DNA from: Candidatus Poseidoniaceae archaeon
Lineage (GTDB): Archaea > Thermoplasmatota > Poseidoniia > Poseidoniales > Poseidoniaceae
NCBI GenBank assembly: GCA_016777125.1
Contig: JADHSC010000006.1
Coordinates: 7,915 to 71,914 of the forward strand
Length of the DNA: 64,000 bases
Reading direction: 5' to 3'
The notes below the pieces were generated by a model. The model had not been told where the DNA came from. It was given only the letters and a program-made list of their open reading frames with translations, and searched no databases. The position numbers and the translations under genes were made by a program. This document shows positions 40,163 to 50,032 of the stretch, one piece after another; positions within the stretch are counted from its first letter, which is position 1; each line of letters starts with the position of its first letter.

Positions 40163-43008
40163 GACTGAAGGAGATCTTTAGCAGCTTGTAATGCATCATC
40201 TAATCCATCAGGATTTGAGCCACCACCTTGAGCCATTGTTGGGCGTCCACCGCCTCCACCGTTGATATGAGGGATGATCGAACGAAGAATTTCGACTGCA
40301 TTGTAGCGTTCTGAAGCAATTGTTCCTTCCGTACAAGCAACCATCAATTTACCGCCCCCTTCACGAGAACCTAGAATGGCAAGCGTTGGTTTTGATTGTT
40401 CTCTGGTTAATTCTTGAAGCATTGATGTGAGTTGTTTCAGATTCCCATCAAGTTCCAAGACAACAATACGAACACCATCAATCTCAAGTGAATCATCTCC
40501 ACCACCTGATGTTCTCAAACGAACAATTTCTGCTTCAAGTTGTTCGATTCTTTTCTTTTGATCTTTCCATTCACCAAAGAATCGTTCAGCAGTTTTTGGT
40601 AAATCCTCATTTGCAATTCCAAACGTTTCTGAAGCCGTTCTCAAAATTGAGTCTTGGGAGCGAGCATATTGCAATGCTGCATCGCCGGCTACGATGTGAA
40701 GTCGTTCCACACCATCTTGCACTGCCGTTGAGCGAATGATTCGGATTGAACCAATTTGACCAGGTTCATCATGATGAGTTCCACCACATGCTTGTACATC
40801 ATGATCTGATATTCTCAAGACTCGAATACTGTTTCCTTTCGGAGCACCACCTTGATACAAATCAAAACCATGCTTTTTGTCTGCTTCATGACGAGCAAGA
40901 ACTGTTTTCTCCGTACGTGATACAAGTCCAAGAACTTCGTTTGCTAAGATTTCAATCGCATCAAGATCGTCTCGATTTAAACGTCGATAATGCGTAATAT
41001 CCAATCGTGCAAGTTCGACTGATTTGTTTGCACCAGCTTGATAGATGTGTGGGCCAAGAATACGTCGTGCAGCACCACCCACAATGTGGACTGCAGTATG
41101 ATGATCCATCAATTGTTTTCGTCGCTTCCAATCAATCGTACCATGAACCAAGTCACCAATTGAGAACGGCCCATCACTAAGATGTATAATCAACTCTCCA
41201 ATCTTTTGAGTATCGAGGACGTTGCGTGTAACGGCATCTGTGGAAAGTGAACCATAGTCTCCTTCTTGGCCACCACCTTCGGGGTAAAAGCAGGATTCGG
41301 CCAAAACAATTGCATGAGTTGCTCCCTCGGGTCCCATACCATCAATCAGAGGCAACGATGCCAATACGCTAGCATCAAAGGAGCGCTGTTGAACATCTTC
41401 ATAGTAAAGTGGCACAGTGTTTGGCAAATTAGGGAGGTCTTCGACAATTTGTGGTTGAACTGTAGTCGAAGCAGCTTGTTTTGCCATAATCGCGTGCCTT
41501 TCTGCCATCTCTGCAGAGAATCCTGTGCGGAGACGAAGATTACTCCACCCGTTACTCTTAGCGATGTTAATGACCATATCAGGAGGCAAACCATGTGAAT
41601 CATTGAGTTTGAACAGAAGGGTGTCGGGTAATTCTTCAGCTCCAGAATCAATTGATTTTAACTCCTGTTGAATTAAATTAGAACCTTTACGAAGGACCTC
41701 TTTGTATCGGCTTTCCTCAAGTTCCATAATCGTGATCAAACCATCTCGTGTTTGCTTCATTTCATGACCGTCCATATTGACTTCAAGATGATGTTGAATT
41801 AATTCAGAAAGTGTAATCGAGATCCCTAAATCATCTCGCATACGTAAGATTCTACGAGCCAGCATTCGAGCCAGATAACCGGCTTTAGCATTGGAAGGAA
41901 CCAACCCATCTCCAAGCATATGGCAAAGAGCATGAAGGTGATCTGGAATCGCATAAATTCGTGAAAGAGGTTCTGTTACACCAATGAACTGCTCTTTCGT
42001 GAGTTCCACATTTCGTTCCTTAAGTCGACCGATAAACAGAGATGATAGCTCATCAGCATCGACGCCGGGTTCGATATTCATGATGCCATTCAGGCGACTC
42101 ATTTCTCCCAATAGACTATCCAAATCTAAATCAGGCCATTGTTCAGCAACGGAGGAAAAACCACTCATCTCCTTGAGCCATTGAACGGTTTGAGGATAAA
42201 TGGCTTCGTAAATAGTGGGCGTACCAGCTGCAGCCCAACAAAATCGTTCAAGTCCATACCCTGTATCGATAATCTGCAACGGCATTTCTTTGTAACGGTC
42301 TCCCTTTAGTTCGATGTCACCATCTGGAGATTCCTCTAGATTCATGAATACGAGAGTAGCTAATTCCAATCCTCCTACGATGACTTCGACAGCAGCCCCA
42401 GCATTACCGCCACCACACCATGGATTCTCCACGTAGGTGATTTCATGAGCGTCTATTCCGAATGTATCGGTTAACATGGCATGGCAATATGAAACACATT
42501 CCTCCATCCAGTAATACGATTCACCTTCATCTGGGCGATTAAATACGTGATGAGCCATCATCTCAAAGGTGGTTAGGTGTCGACCTGAACGTCCAACTGC
42601 GTCTACATCAGTCAAACGGATACAGGGCTGGGAAATCGTCAGTGGATTTGCAGGAGGTTGTACTTGACCTGATGTAACATGGGGTTGAAAATCTGCAATA
42701 GAAGCTATCGTCAGGTGAATATCGTCTCTCCAGCGTGCTAGAACAGGATATGGTTCGATTCGATGATGTTGATTCGTTTCAAAAAAGGATAGAAACGATT
42801 CACGCATGGAATCTTTCAGTTCTTTCCCGCGTTGTTCAAATCCTGCGATAAGTGGTTTTCCAATGAAGGTATACTCATCTTGGTGAGTATCTCCGCAAGT
42901 CGTTCGATCTGTATCACACGTCCAAAACCAAAGTTCTGTTATTGTGCACTGTTTTCGGAAATAGCCGTTTTCATGAAAAACTGCTAGGTCGATTGCAGGT
43001 AAACTCAT
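40159..43008 (-). CDS. alaS: Alanine--tRNA ligase (archaeal type)
   Basis: TIASIADFQP, QPCIR, GRHLTTFEMMAHH, DTGYGLER, editing motifs HTAVH and ACGGTH, C-terminal GGGGGRPTMAQGGG. Confidence 0.96.
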   Translation of the reverse strand: MSLPAIDLAVFHENGYFRKQCTITELWFWTCDTDRTTCGDTHQDEYTFIGKPLIAGFEQRGKELKDSMRESFLSFFETNQHHRIEPYPVLARWRDDIHLTIASIADFQPHVTSGQVQPPANPLTISQPCIRLTDVDAVGRSGRHLTTFEMMAHHVFNRPDEGESYYWMEECVSYCHAMLTDTFGIDAHEITYVENPWCGGGNAGAAVEVIVGGLELATLVFMNLEESPDGDIELKGDRYKEMPLQIIDTGYGLERFCWAAAGTPTIYEAIYPQTVQWLKEMSGFSSVAEQWPDLDLDSLLGEMSRLNGIMNIEPGVDADELSSLFIGRLKERNVELTKEQFIGVTEPLSRIYAIPDHLHALCHMLGDGLVPSNAKAGYLARMLARRILRMRDDLGISITLSELIQHHLEVNMDGHEMKQTRDGLITIMELEESRYKEVLRKGSNLIQQELKSIDSGAEELPDTLLFKLNDSHGLPPDMVINIAKSNGWSNLRLRTGFSAEMAERHAIMAKQAASTTVQPQIVEDLPNLPNTVPLYYEDVQQRSFDASVLASLPLIDGMGPEGATHAIVLAESCFYPEGGGQEGDYGSLSTDAVTRNVLDTQKIGELIIHLSDGPFSIGDLVHGTIDWKRRKQLMDHHTAVHIVGGAARRILGPHIYQAGANKSVELARLDITHYRRLNRDDLDAIEILANEVLGLVSRTEKTVLARHEADKKHGFDLYQGGAPKGNSIRVLRISDHDVQACGGTHHDEPGQIGSIRIIRSTAVQDGVERLHIVAGDAALQYARSQDSILRTASETFGIANEDLPKTAERFFGEWKDQKKRIEQLEAEIVRLRTSGGGDDSLEIDGVRIVVLELDGNLKQLTSMLQELTREQSKPTLAILGSREGGGKLMVACTEGTIASERYNAVEILRSIIPHINGGGGGRPTMAQGGGSNPDGLDDALQAAKDLLQS

Positions 43009-43111
43009 GTTACGCCCTCGTTCTTGGGGTGTTCCTCCTTGCTTTCAATCCTCCCACGAGAATGAGCAGTAATATCGGAAATCATCAAATGAATGATGTC
43101 TAACCACAACC

Positions 43112-44587
43112 ATGGAGCCCGAATGGATGAACCATGTGGATACGTCCACGCCAGGGGTTGTTCGGATCAAGGCATTTGGAAAAATGAAAGTGGATGCAGC
43201 CCTTATTGCGACCATGGATGAAATCAAATCGTATCAAGATGGACGTGGCCCTAAACAATTGCTCAATGCCGCTCAATTGCCCGGTATTGTCGGAACTGCT
43301 TGGGGAATGGCTGATTGGCATTATGGATACGGTTTACCCATTGGAGGCGTTGTAGCAACCGACGTAAATCATGGTGAGCAAGGAGGTAGTATTTCTCCAG
43401 GAGCAGTTGGCTTTGACATAAATTGTGGCGTACGGGCTGTAGCTCTGAATCTAACAGTTGATGAAATCCCTAACCTTACGAAATTAGCCTCCAGATTGGA
43501 CGGAAGAATCCCTGCAGGAGGCTCAGGAAAAGGAGGCATTAACATCAACGCACAACAACTTGAATCAGTGCTGAGAGGTGGTTTATCGGAACTTGAGACT
43601 ATTGATGTTAGCAGTTATCACGCAAAAGGAAGCGTTGAATCGGATGGTTCTTTCGAAATTGATGAAGTCTCGATAAGCGAGCGAGCCAAGAATCGAGGTC
43701 TGAGAGCTCTTGGAACTTTGGGAAGCGGCAATCATTTTCTTGAACTTCAAAGAGTTTCTGAGATTGCAGATGAAGAGACATCTAAGTCATGGGGTGTTGA
43801 ATCCGATCAAGTCATCGCCATGATTCATTCTGGTTCAAGAGGACTGGGACATCAAGTATGTAGCGACCATATTCATGAACTCGAAATGAGGCTTAAACAA
43901 CGCAATGGGGCTTGGGTAGATGAAGAATGGGGATATGAGTTACCAGATCGACAATTGGCTGCAGCACCCATTCATTCCAAGCAAGGACAAGCATACCTCA
44001 ACGATATGAAAACAGCTGCAAATTATGCCTTTGCAAATCGTGCAGTCTTGGCCCATCGATTGTTTCTCGGATTGAAAGCAGAACTCGGCGATGTTGTCGA
44101 CCTGACCACAATTTATGATGTATCTCACAATATTGCAAAAATCGAAGATCATACAATCCATGGAGCCAATTGCACTTGCGTAGTTCATCGAAAAGGAGCA
44201 ACAAGAGCATTTAGTGGAGACCAAATGAAAAGTCATGACGTGTTCAAGCGAACTGGACAACCAGTACTGGTCCCTGGAGATATGGGCAGAGGCTCTTGGA
44301 TTATGGCGGGGCCTGTGAATGGACAAAACCTAGCATTCGGTAGTGCATGCCATGGTGCTGGAAGAGCAATGTCCCGAACTGTTGCTCGAAAAACAATCGA
44401 TCCAGACGTTCAAAAAAGGGTCCTAGATGAACAAGGAGTCATTGTTCATGCTGCAACAAAAAATATTCTTTCGGAAGAAGCTCCTGCAGCATACAAAAAT
44501 GTCGATAATGTAATCGAAAATACATATGCAGCAAACCTTGCACGGCCTGTTCTTCGTCTTGAGCCATTAGCAGTGATTAAAGGATAA
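43112..44587 (+). CDS. rtcB: RNA-splicing/repair ligase RtcB
   Basis: D.H.GYGLPIGGV, GFDINCGVR, GTLGSGNHF, HSGSRG, HN, HRKGAT, PGDMG, CHGAGR, EEAP.AYK. Confidence 0.93.
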   Translation: MEPEWMNHVDTSTPGVVRIKAFGKMKVDAALIATMDEIKSYQDGRGPKQLLNAAQLPGIVGTAWGMADWHYGYGLPIGGVVATDVNHGEQGGSISPGAVGFDINCGVRAVALNLTVDEIPNLTKLASRLDGRIPAGGSGKGGININAQQLESVLRGGLSELETIDVSSYHAKGSVESDGSFEIDEVSISERAKNRGLRALGTLGSGNHFLELQRVSEIADEETSKSWGVESDQVIAMIHSGSRGLGHQVCSDHIHELEMRLKQRNGAWVDEEWGYELPDRQLAAAPIHSKQGQAYLNDMKTAANYAFANRAVLAHRLFLGLKAELGDVVDLTTIYDVSHNIAKIEDHTIHGANCTCVVHRKGATRAFSGDQMKSHDVFKRTGQPVLVPGDMGRGSWIMAGPVNGQNLAFGSACHGAGRAMSRTVARKTIDPDVQKRVLDEQGVIVHAATKNILSEEAPAAYKNVDNVIENTYAANLARPVLRLEPLAVIKG

Positions 44588-44803
44588 TCACATACACATG
44601 TTGGCCATTGGTTGTCCAGAAGTTGGCGCAGCACCTGAGTGAACGCCGTCTGGTTCTTCAACAATGACCGACAAGAGTGTGTTTACAAGTTCTTTGAGAT
44701 CATCAACTTGCAGTTGTAATTCCTTCACTCGTTCTCGCATATCAGCCTTCTTTTCAGTAGATTCTTTCATTCCCATCCCATCCGAAGAAGTTGCCTTCTT
44801 CAA
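44588..44803 (-). CDS. Small hypothetical coiled-coil protein
   Basis: Heptad MRERVKELQLQVDDLKELVNTLL; abuts the rtcB stop; true start may be a later ATG. Confidence 0.45.
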   Translation of the reverse strand: MKKATSSDGMGMKESTEKKADMRERVKELQLQVDDLKELVNTLLSVIVEEPDGVHSGAAPTSGQPMANMCM

Positions 44804-44871
44804 TCTAAAGTCGGTAAAGAGGCCTCTTAATGTTTAGGGGAACTACAACCATTAGAATCATGTTTTGAGAG

Positions 44872-44946
44872 TGGAGCCACCGGCGAGAATTGAACTCGCG
44901 ACCTCCTCATTACCAATGAGGTGCTATACCGCTAAGCCACGGTGGC
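44872..44946 (-). tRNA. tRNA-Thr (GGT)
   Basis: Cloverleaf GCCACCG...CGGTGGC-T-CCA; anticodon arm CCTCA-TTGGTAA-TGAGG; T-loop GTTCAAT; encoded CCA; no intron. Confidence 0.95.
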
Positions 44947-44999
44947 GTAACCCGAGCCACCAACAATGCCGATATAATCGCTTCGCGTAAGTAAAGAGA

Positions 45000-45085
45000 T
45001 GGCGCCGAGAGAGAGATTTGAACTCCCGAGGGACAGGCCCACGCGATTTCCAGTCGCGCGCACTACCAGGCTATGCGATCTCGGC
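45000..45085 (-). tRNA. tRNA-Ser (GGA)
   Basis: GCCGAGA...TCTCGGC-G-CCA; anticodon arm CGCGA-CTGGAAA-TCGCG; long variable arm; GTTCAAAT. Confidence 0.95.
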
Positions 45086-45179
45086 TCGCAATCCGGTCCA
45101 AACGACATCACCGTTTAACGCTCTCGCTTCGTAAAACAAGGAGCGCAACAAACTCAAAGGTGAACCTCTTGGGCTGTGC

Positions 45180-46100
45180 ATGGGCGGGGGGGAAAACGAG
45201 GTCTTAGACCCGAATCATAACACCTTACCATTCCGCCTTTCAGATATTGAAATTAAACCTAAATTCTTTGATTTCCACCCGATGATTCTCACCATTCGAA
45301 AAGAGATTATTTTCCAATGGAAATTAATTCGGGATGAATGGAATAAGCAACATTTGATTGCAATGTTCGCAGGTACAATCGCAATCCTACTTGGAACGTT
45401 TAATGGTGAAATAATCAATGGAGGAGATGCACGAATTTCAGGATTGGAGGGTTTGCAACAATCTGGAGCAACGTCCTATTTCCAGATGATTTTATCCATT
45501 GTATGCTGGGGATGGTTCCTATACCAATTGCTTCGATTGTTTCCGATAATGAGGACGCACAGTATTACACTGATGTTAATATGGGGAGGTCTAGGTTTGT
45601 CCCAAATTTTATTCCATGTAGAAAATAAACAATTCCCAATTGCATTTGACTTGTCACAGATGATGGGTGGATTACTGGTGACATTGGTTTGTATCTTTTT
45701 CTTATATTTCTTCATCAAAGCAGTCACAGAGACGAGAGATCTCCATGTGGAAACCAATCACTTGCACGAAGATGTGCGGATGATGGAAGCTGAAATGGCT
45801 GAACATTCACTCAAGGCATGGACTACAATATGCCTAGCATGGTGTGGATTAGCGATTTTGAGTTCTTGGAGTGGTGCACACTTCGTTGCAGAAAGGATGG
45901 CCGATCAACCGATTTTGATTGCCATTTACGTCGTACTTTCCCTGATTTGCATACCACTACTTATGTGGACAATATGGTTCCCGCAACGTATGCTTGGAAC
46001 TGAAGCACTTGTTCGAACAAAAGCTGCTGCTTCTGCTGAAGAGGATCTACGTAGTAAGTTCATTATGGCTGAGGTTGCACCAGATGAAGAGGCTTGGTGA
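45180..46100 (+). CDS. Hypothetical membrane protein (about 6 TM)
   Basis: Several hydrophobic helices; ends 6 nt before the desulfurase gene; true start may be downstream (MILTIRKE). Confidence 0.65.
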   Translation: MGGGENEVLDPNHNTLPFRLSDIEIKPKFFDFHPMILTIRKEIIFQWKLIRDEWNKQHLIAMFAGTIAILLGTFNGEIINGGDARISGLEGLQQSGATSYFQMILSIVCWGWFLYQLLRLFPIMRTHSITLMLIWGGLGLSQILFHVENKQFPIAFDLSQMMGGLLVTLVCIFFLYFFIKAVTETRDLHVETNHLHEDVRMMEAEMAEHSLKAWTTICLAWCGLAILSSWSGAHFVAERMADQPILIAIYVVLSLICIPLLMWTIWFPQRMLGTEALVRTKAAASAEEDLRSKFIMAEVAPDEEAW

Positions 46101-46106
46101 TTTTGG

Positions 46107-47318
46107 ATGAAGCAATATAGAAAAGATTTCCCAGCCCTTATGCTCGATGATCCAGTGGCTTACTTAGACAATGCTTGCGTTACATTGAAACCACAATCTG
46201 TCATTGATTCAATTCAAGATTACTACATCAACACACCAGGATGTGGCGGTCGTTCGGTTCATCGTTATGGAACTCATGTGTCCAAAACTATTTCACAATC
46301 GAGGATTAAGTTAGCAAATTTTCTCTCCTCACCATCTGTAAACGAAATTGTTTTCACACGAAATGCAACTCATAGCCTCAACCAAATTGCAAAAGGATTG
46401 GAATGGAACAAGGGTGATGTCGTCTTAACGACTGATAGGGAACATAATTCCAACCTTGTCCCATGGCTCCAACTTGAACAAGAGCAAGGAATAGATCATC
46501 GAATCGTTCGTTCAAATCAAGATAATACGTTCAATTTAGAATCCTTTGAAGAAGCGTGTGCAGAGGCAGGTTCCAACCTCAAGATGGTTTCAATGAGTCA
46601 CGTTGGGAATCTTGATGGTGTAGAAATACCTGTAAAAGATATTACAAAAATTGCAAAGGATTACGGAGCTCTTGTATCCATAGATGGTGCCCAATCAGCA
46701 CCCCATATGAGTGTCGATGTTCAAGACCTAGGCATTGATTTCTATTCTTTTTCAATCCATAAAATGCTTGGACCATCTGGCATGGGTGGGCTTTGGGGTA
46801 GGACCGAACTACTTGAGAACATGAGAACAATACAATCCGGTGGACAAACAGTTACATCATCTACGTATGAGTCTTTAGAATGGGCAAAACCTCCTTCGAA
46901 ATTTGAAGGCGGACTTGGTCACTTTGCGGGCATGATGGCAACAGGAGCTGCGATTGATTACTTAACCCAACTCAACATGGATGAAGTTCATGCTCATGAA
47001 CAATCTCTGAATAAAATCATGTCAGAAGGTGTCAAAGATATTTCTGGAGTCTCAATTATCGGACCTGAGGATGCCTCGAAACGAAGTGGGATCTGTTCTT
47101 TGTTACTCGATGACAAACTCCCATCTCATGATATTGCATTATTACTTGACGAAGTTGCTGGAGTCATGGTACGCTCAGGACAACATTGCGTTCATTCATG
47201 GTTTAACGACAAAGGATACAATGGCTCATTAAGAGCATCTGCTTATTTTTACAATACCGAAGAAGATGCTCGACGATTTGTTGATACCTTCTCTGAAGCA
47301 GTAGATGCGTTTAGTTGA
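46107..47318 (+). CDS. sufS: Cysteine desulfurase, SufS/CsdA class
   Basis: YLDNA, EHNSN..PW, DGAQS.PH, PLP lysine in FSIHKMLGPSG, catalytic RSGQHC, RAS.YFYN. Confidence 0.88.
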   Translation: MKQYRKDFPALMLDDPVAYLDNACVTLKPQSVIDSIQDYYINTPGCGGRSVHRYGTHVSKTISQSRIKLANFLSSPSVNEIVFTRNATHSLNQIAKGLEWNKGDVVLTTDREHNSNLVPWLQLEQEQGIDHRIVRSNQDNTFNLESFEEACAEAGSNLKMVSMSHVGNLDGVEIPVKDITKIAKDYGALVSIDGAQSAPHMSVDVQDLGIDFYSFSIHKMLGPSGMGGLWGRTELLENMRTIQSGGQTVTSSTYESLEWAKPPSKFEGGLGHFAGMMATGAAIDYLTQLNMDEVHAHEQSLNKIMSEGVKDISGVSIIGPEDASKRSGICSLLLDDKLPSHDIALLLDEVAGVMVRSGQHCVHSWFNDKGYNGSLRASAYFYNTEEDARRFVDTFSEAVDAFS

Positions 47319-47327
47319 GGAAGTTAT

Positions 47328-48446
47328 ATGGAAGAATCAATTCCAGAAGTTGTGATGAATCCTCAACTAGAAAATGATCTCGTCATTGTTCGAAAGATTG
47401 TCAGTATAGGCACTGGAATAATGCTTATTCTGATAGCAGGATTTCTTTACAGTGTATTGGTGGGAGATGCGTTAAGCTTCGTGAAACCTAAAGATGCATT
47501 GATTGATTCAGAAGATGCATATCAAGATCTCATCAGAATGCCGAACGGGTTGACTGGGAAAGGTGTGAAGGTATGTGTTGTAGACACCGGTATTGAGCTT
47601 GATCATCCAGACCTTGATGGCTATAAATTGAAAGGATGGACAGACATTGTCCAAGGTAAAACGAACCCGTATGATGACAATGGCCATGGCACAAATATGG
47701 CTGGAATCCTTATCGCTGATGGTTGGCTTGATGGGATAGCCCCAGATGTGGATCTCTATGTTGCTAAGGTAATGCAAGAAAACGGTTCTGGATATGAAGA
47801 AGATGTTGCTGCTGGAATTGATTGGTGCATCAATATGAATACGAATATCATTTCATTATCTCTGGGAGGTGCTCCCGATTTACTTCCATTCATCGATTCG
47901 GGTGGGAGAACAATCGAAGATGCAGTCGCTGATGCAACTACTCGAGGAATCTTTGTTGTTGCTGCCGCTGGAAACGACGGGGGAGAAGATGATGATGGAG
48001 ACGTTGCCTCTCCTGGAGGTGAACGCCGCGTGATATGCGTTGGTGGAGTCACAGAATCAGGAGGACCATGGTCCAAATCATCAATTGGAAACAATGGAGG
48101 AAGCCTGTTTCCGTTCCAATTGCCACGAAACGATCCCGACAAGAAGCCTGAAGTTGTCGCACCTGCCAAGGAAGTCCCTGTCCTCAACAACAAAGGAACA
48201 TGGTCATCATCAAGTGGCACCAGTGCCGCAACTGTATTCGTAACAGGGGCTATCGCATTACTCCTCGAACAAAATCCTGAACTAGCGAGTAACGGGACAT
48301 CAAGCGATGTATCTACAATCGACCAAGTGAAGGATTGGCTTATGCAAACAGTCTCGCCTCAAGAGAGTCAATCAGGTCATGATGACAAGTATGGTTATGG
48401 TTTACTCGACATACAAGCACTGCTGGAAAAAGCAAGTGAAACTTGA
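47328..48446 (+). CDS. Membrane-anchored S8 subtilisin-like protease
   Basis: N-terminal TM; VDTG, HGTNMAG, AAGN, SGTSAAT, YGYG. Confidence 0.85.
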   Translation: MEESIPEVVMNPQLENDLVIVRKIVSIGTGIMLILIAGFLYSVLVGDALSFVKPKDALIDSEDAYQDLIRMPNGLTGKGVKVCVVDTGIELDHPDLDGYKLKGWTDIVQGKTNPYDDNGHGTNMAGILIADGWLDGIAPDVDLYVAKVMQENGSGYEEDVAAGIDWCINMNTNIISLSLGGAPDLLPFIDSGGRTIEDAVADATTRGIFVVAAAGNDGGEDDDGDVASPGGERRVICVGGVTESGGPWSKSSIGNNGGSLFPFQLPRNDPDKKPEVVAPAKEVPVLNNKGTWSSSSGTSAATVFVTGAIALLLEQNPELASNGTSSDVSTIDQVKDWLMQTVSPQESQSGHDDKYGYGLLDIQALLEKASET

Positions 48447-48447
48447 C

Positions 48448-49164
48448 TTAACGTTTGAAGAAGGCAACAAGAGTACCCTCGAACAATGGTACAAATGCCA
48501 TATAGTGGGTTGAATTAGTTGTTTCAATGAGTTTTATCCAATCATTGAATCCGTCCACCTTTGCCTGTTCATTTTCATCGAGTTCATCATAATCACCCGT
48601 TGGAGTTGGTGGTTCAACTGTGAACAACACTCCGTTTTGAGAAAGTAATGGAAGGGATTCTGATATTGTAGAAGCCACTTTTTCAGGTTGGTCGTCGACG
48701 ATTATTGCATCATATGTTAGATCGAGGCGTTTTTCACCGGTGCCAACTCCTGATTTCATTGTCATCGACCATCCTTTCGCCTCGGCTAAAAGTGTTGAAA
48801 ATTCTCCAACAAATATGTTCGACCAAGGTGCTGCTTCGTATCGTGATTGAAGACGGAAAAGAATGACTCCGAATTTAGCCCCTTGTTCAACCAAATCGAA
48901 TTTCTTTGGTTGTTCGGTTGTAAAAAGGTCAAACAACCATGCAGAACGGTGTCCAATACTTGCACCAATTTCTAAAACTGAAGTAGGCTCCAAACGGCCA
49001 ATTGCATCTCTTAATCGCCTTATGACAGAGATAGACCAGGTATGAAGACCCATGTGTTCTAACTGTGTTGAAATATTGGCTGCAATCTCAGGCTCATCCC
49101 TGGATCTCTCATCATCTGCAACGAGAAGAGCAGGAAGGACATCTTCCCTTTTGATTTCGCTCAT
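48448..49164 (-). CDS. Class I SAM-dependent methyltransferase-like protein
   Basis: VLEIGASIG motif I, YDAIIVD, LSQNGVL. Confidence 0.6.
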   Translation of the reverse strand: MSEIKREDVLPALLVADDERSRDEPEIAANISTQLEHMGLHTWSISVIRRLRDAIGRLEPTSVLEIGASIGHRSAWLFDLFTTEQPKKFDLVEQGAKFGVILFRLQSRYEAAPWSNIFVGEFSTLLAEAKGWSMTMKSGVGTGEKRLDLTYDAIIVDDQPEKVASTISESLPLLSQNGVLFTVEPPTPTGDYDELDENEQAKVDGFNDWIKLIETTNSTHYMAFVPLFEGTLVAFFKR

Positions 49165-49258
49165 TGGCTAGTGCTGCCCACATTTTGTTTTGAACTCTGT
49201 GTTCAAGTCAGTTGCGGTGCCTTCAAAGGTGTCATTCATCGAGGCCTGCACGAGACCG

Positions 49259-50032
49259 ATGGAAGACTTTGACGAGGAGGAGGACTTTTTCGAGGAAGAA
49301 GAAGTACTCGAGAATGCTGTACTTTGTCCTACATGTGACGATGTTACAGGTCATGATATTCTTCGAGAAAGAGAGATGGGAAGGGGTAAAGATTACCTCC
49401 TACGATGCAACGATTGTACAACAGTACATGAGCTGCAATTCCGTCCACCTCCATTGAAAAGAGTCCCATTCATGCTAACATATGGACCAGATTCATACAT
49501 GGCCACGATTGACCTCGATTCTGATGAATGGCTCGATTTAGGCGATGTCTTTGAGCATGATGACATGACTTGGAGAATTACTCGTTTGGAATCCAAGGAA
49601 GGGACTTCAGAATCAATGGAGGCAACAAAGATTATCCAAGCTGTTGCGCTTCGGCAAGACATGCTTCGAGTTAAGATCACCAAAACACGTGGTGAATTTT
49701 CAACCCCAGATGTACTCATCGTAGACCAAGGGACCACTTTCAAAGCGAGCACACTTATTGAGATTGGACCTCAGACGTGGAGAATCAGAGCGATTCACAC
49801 TGGGGAGGGAAGAACCCTCCGCGGAACCGTAGATGCTTCGAAGATCAAGCGAATGTACCTTCATGAGCCCCCAAGACCGGAGCGATTTGCCCCTAAGACA
49901 CCGCGAGAGCGTCGACAGGCTTGGAAAGAAGGAAAACTTGGATTCAATCCTAATCCGATTCTTCCAAGAGAAATCATCAAGAAAAGAGTTCAACCTACAA
50001 ATCGTAGAGATAAAAAGCGACGACGAAAGTAA
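49259..50032 (+). CDS. Archaeal Zn-finger protein (HVO_0476-like) with a basic tail
   Basis: CPTC..H...CNDC..VH ribbon followed by two beta-rich repeats; ATG 49259. Confidence 0.65.
   Translation: MEDFDEEEDFFEEEEVLENAVLCPTCDDVTGHDILREREMGRGKDYLLRCNDCTTVHELQFRPPPLKRVPFMLTYGPDSYMATIDLDSDEWLDLGDVFEHDDMTWRITRLESKEGTSESMEATKIIQAVALRQDMLRVKITKTRGEFSTPDVLIVDQGTTFKASTLIEIGPQTWRIRAIHTGEGRTLRGTVDASKIKRMYLHEPPRPERFAPKTPRERRQAWKEGKLGFNPNPILPREIIKKRVQPTNRRDKKRRRK

Noticed and set aside
43112-44587. Possible intein in RtcB (also considered for topB and polB2)
   Set aside because: Lengths are normal; no intein C/S...HN boundaries or LAGLIDADG motifs seen
44588-45180. tRNA genes as a possible integration site
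   Set aside because: No integrase seen, no duplicated tRNA 3' end noticed, and no obvious compositional shift
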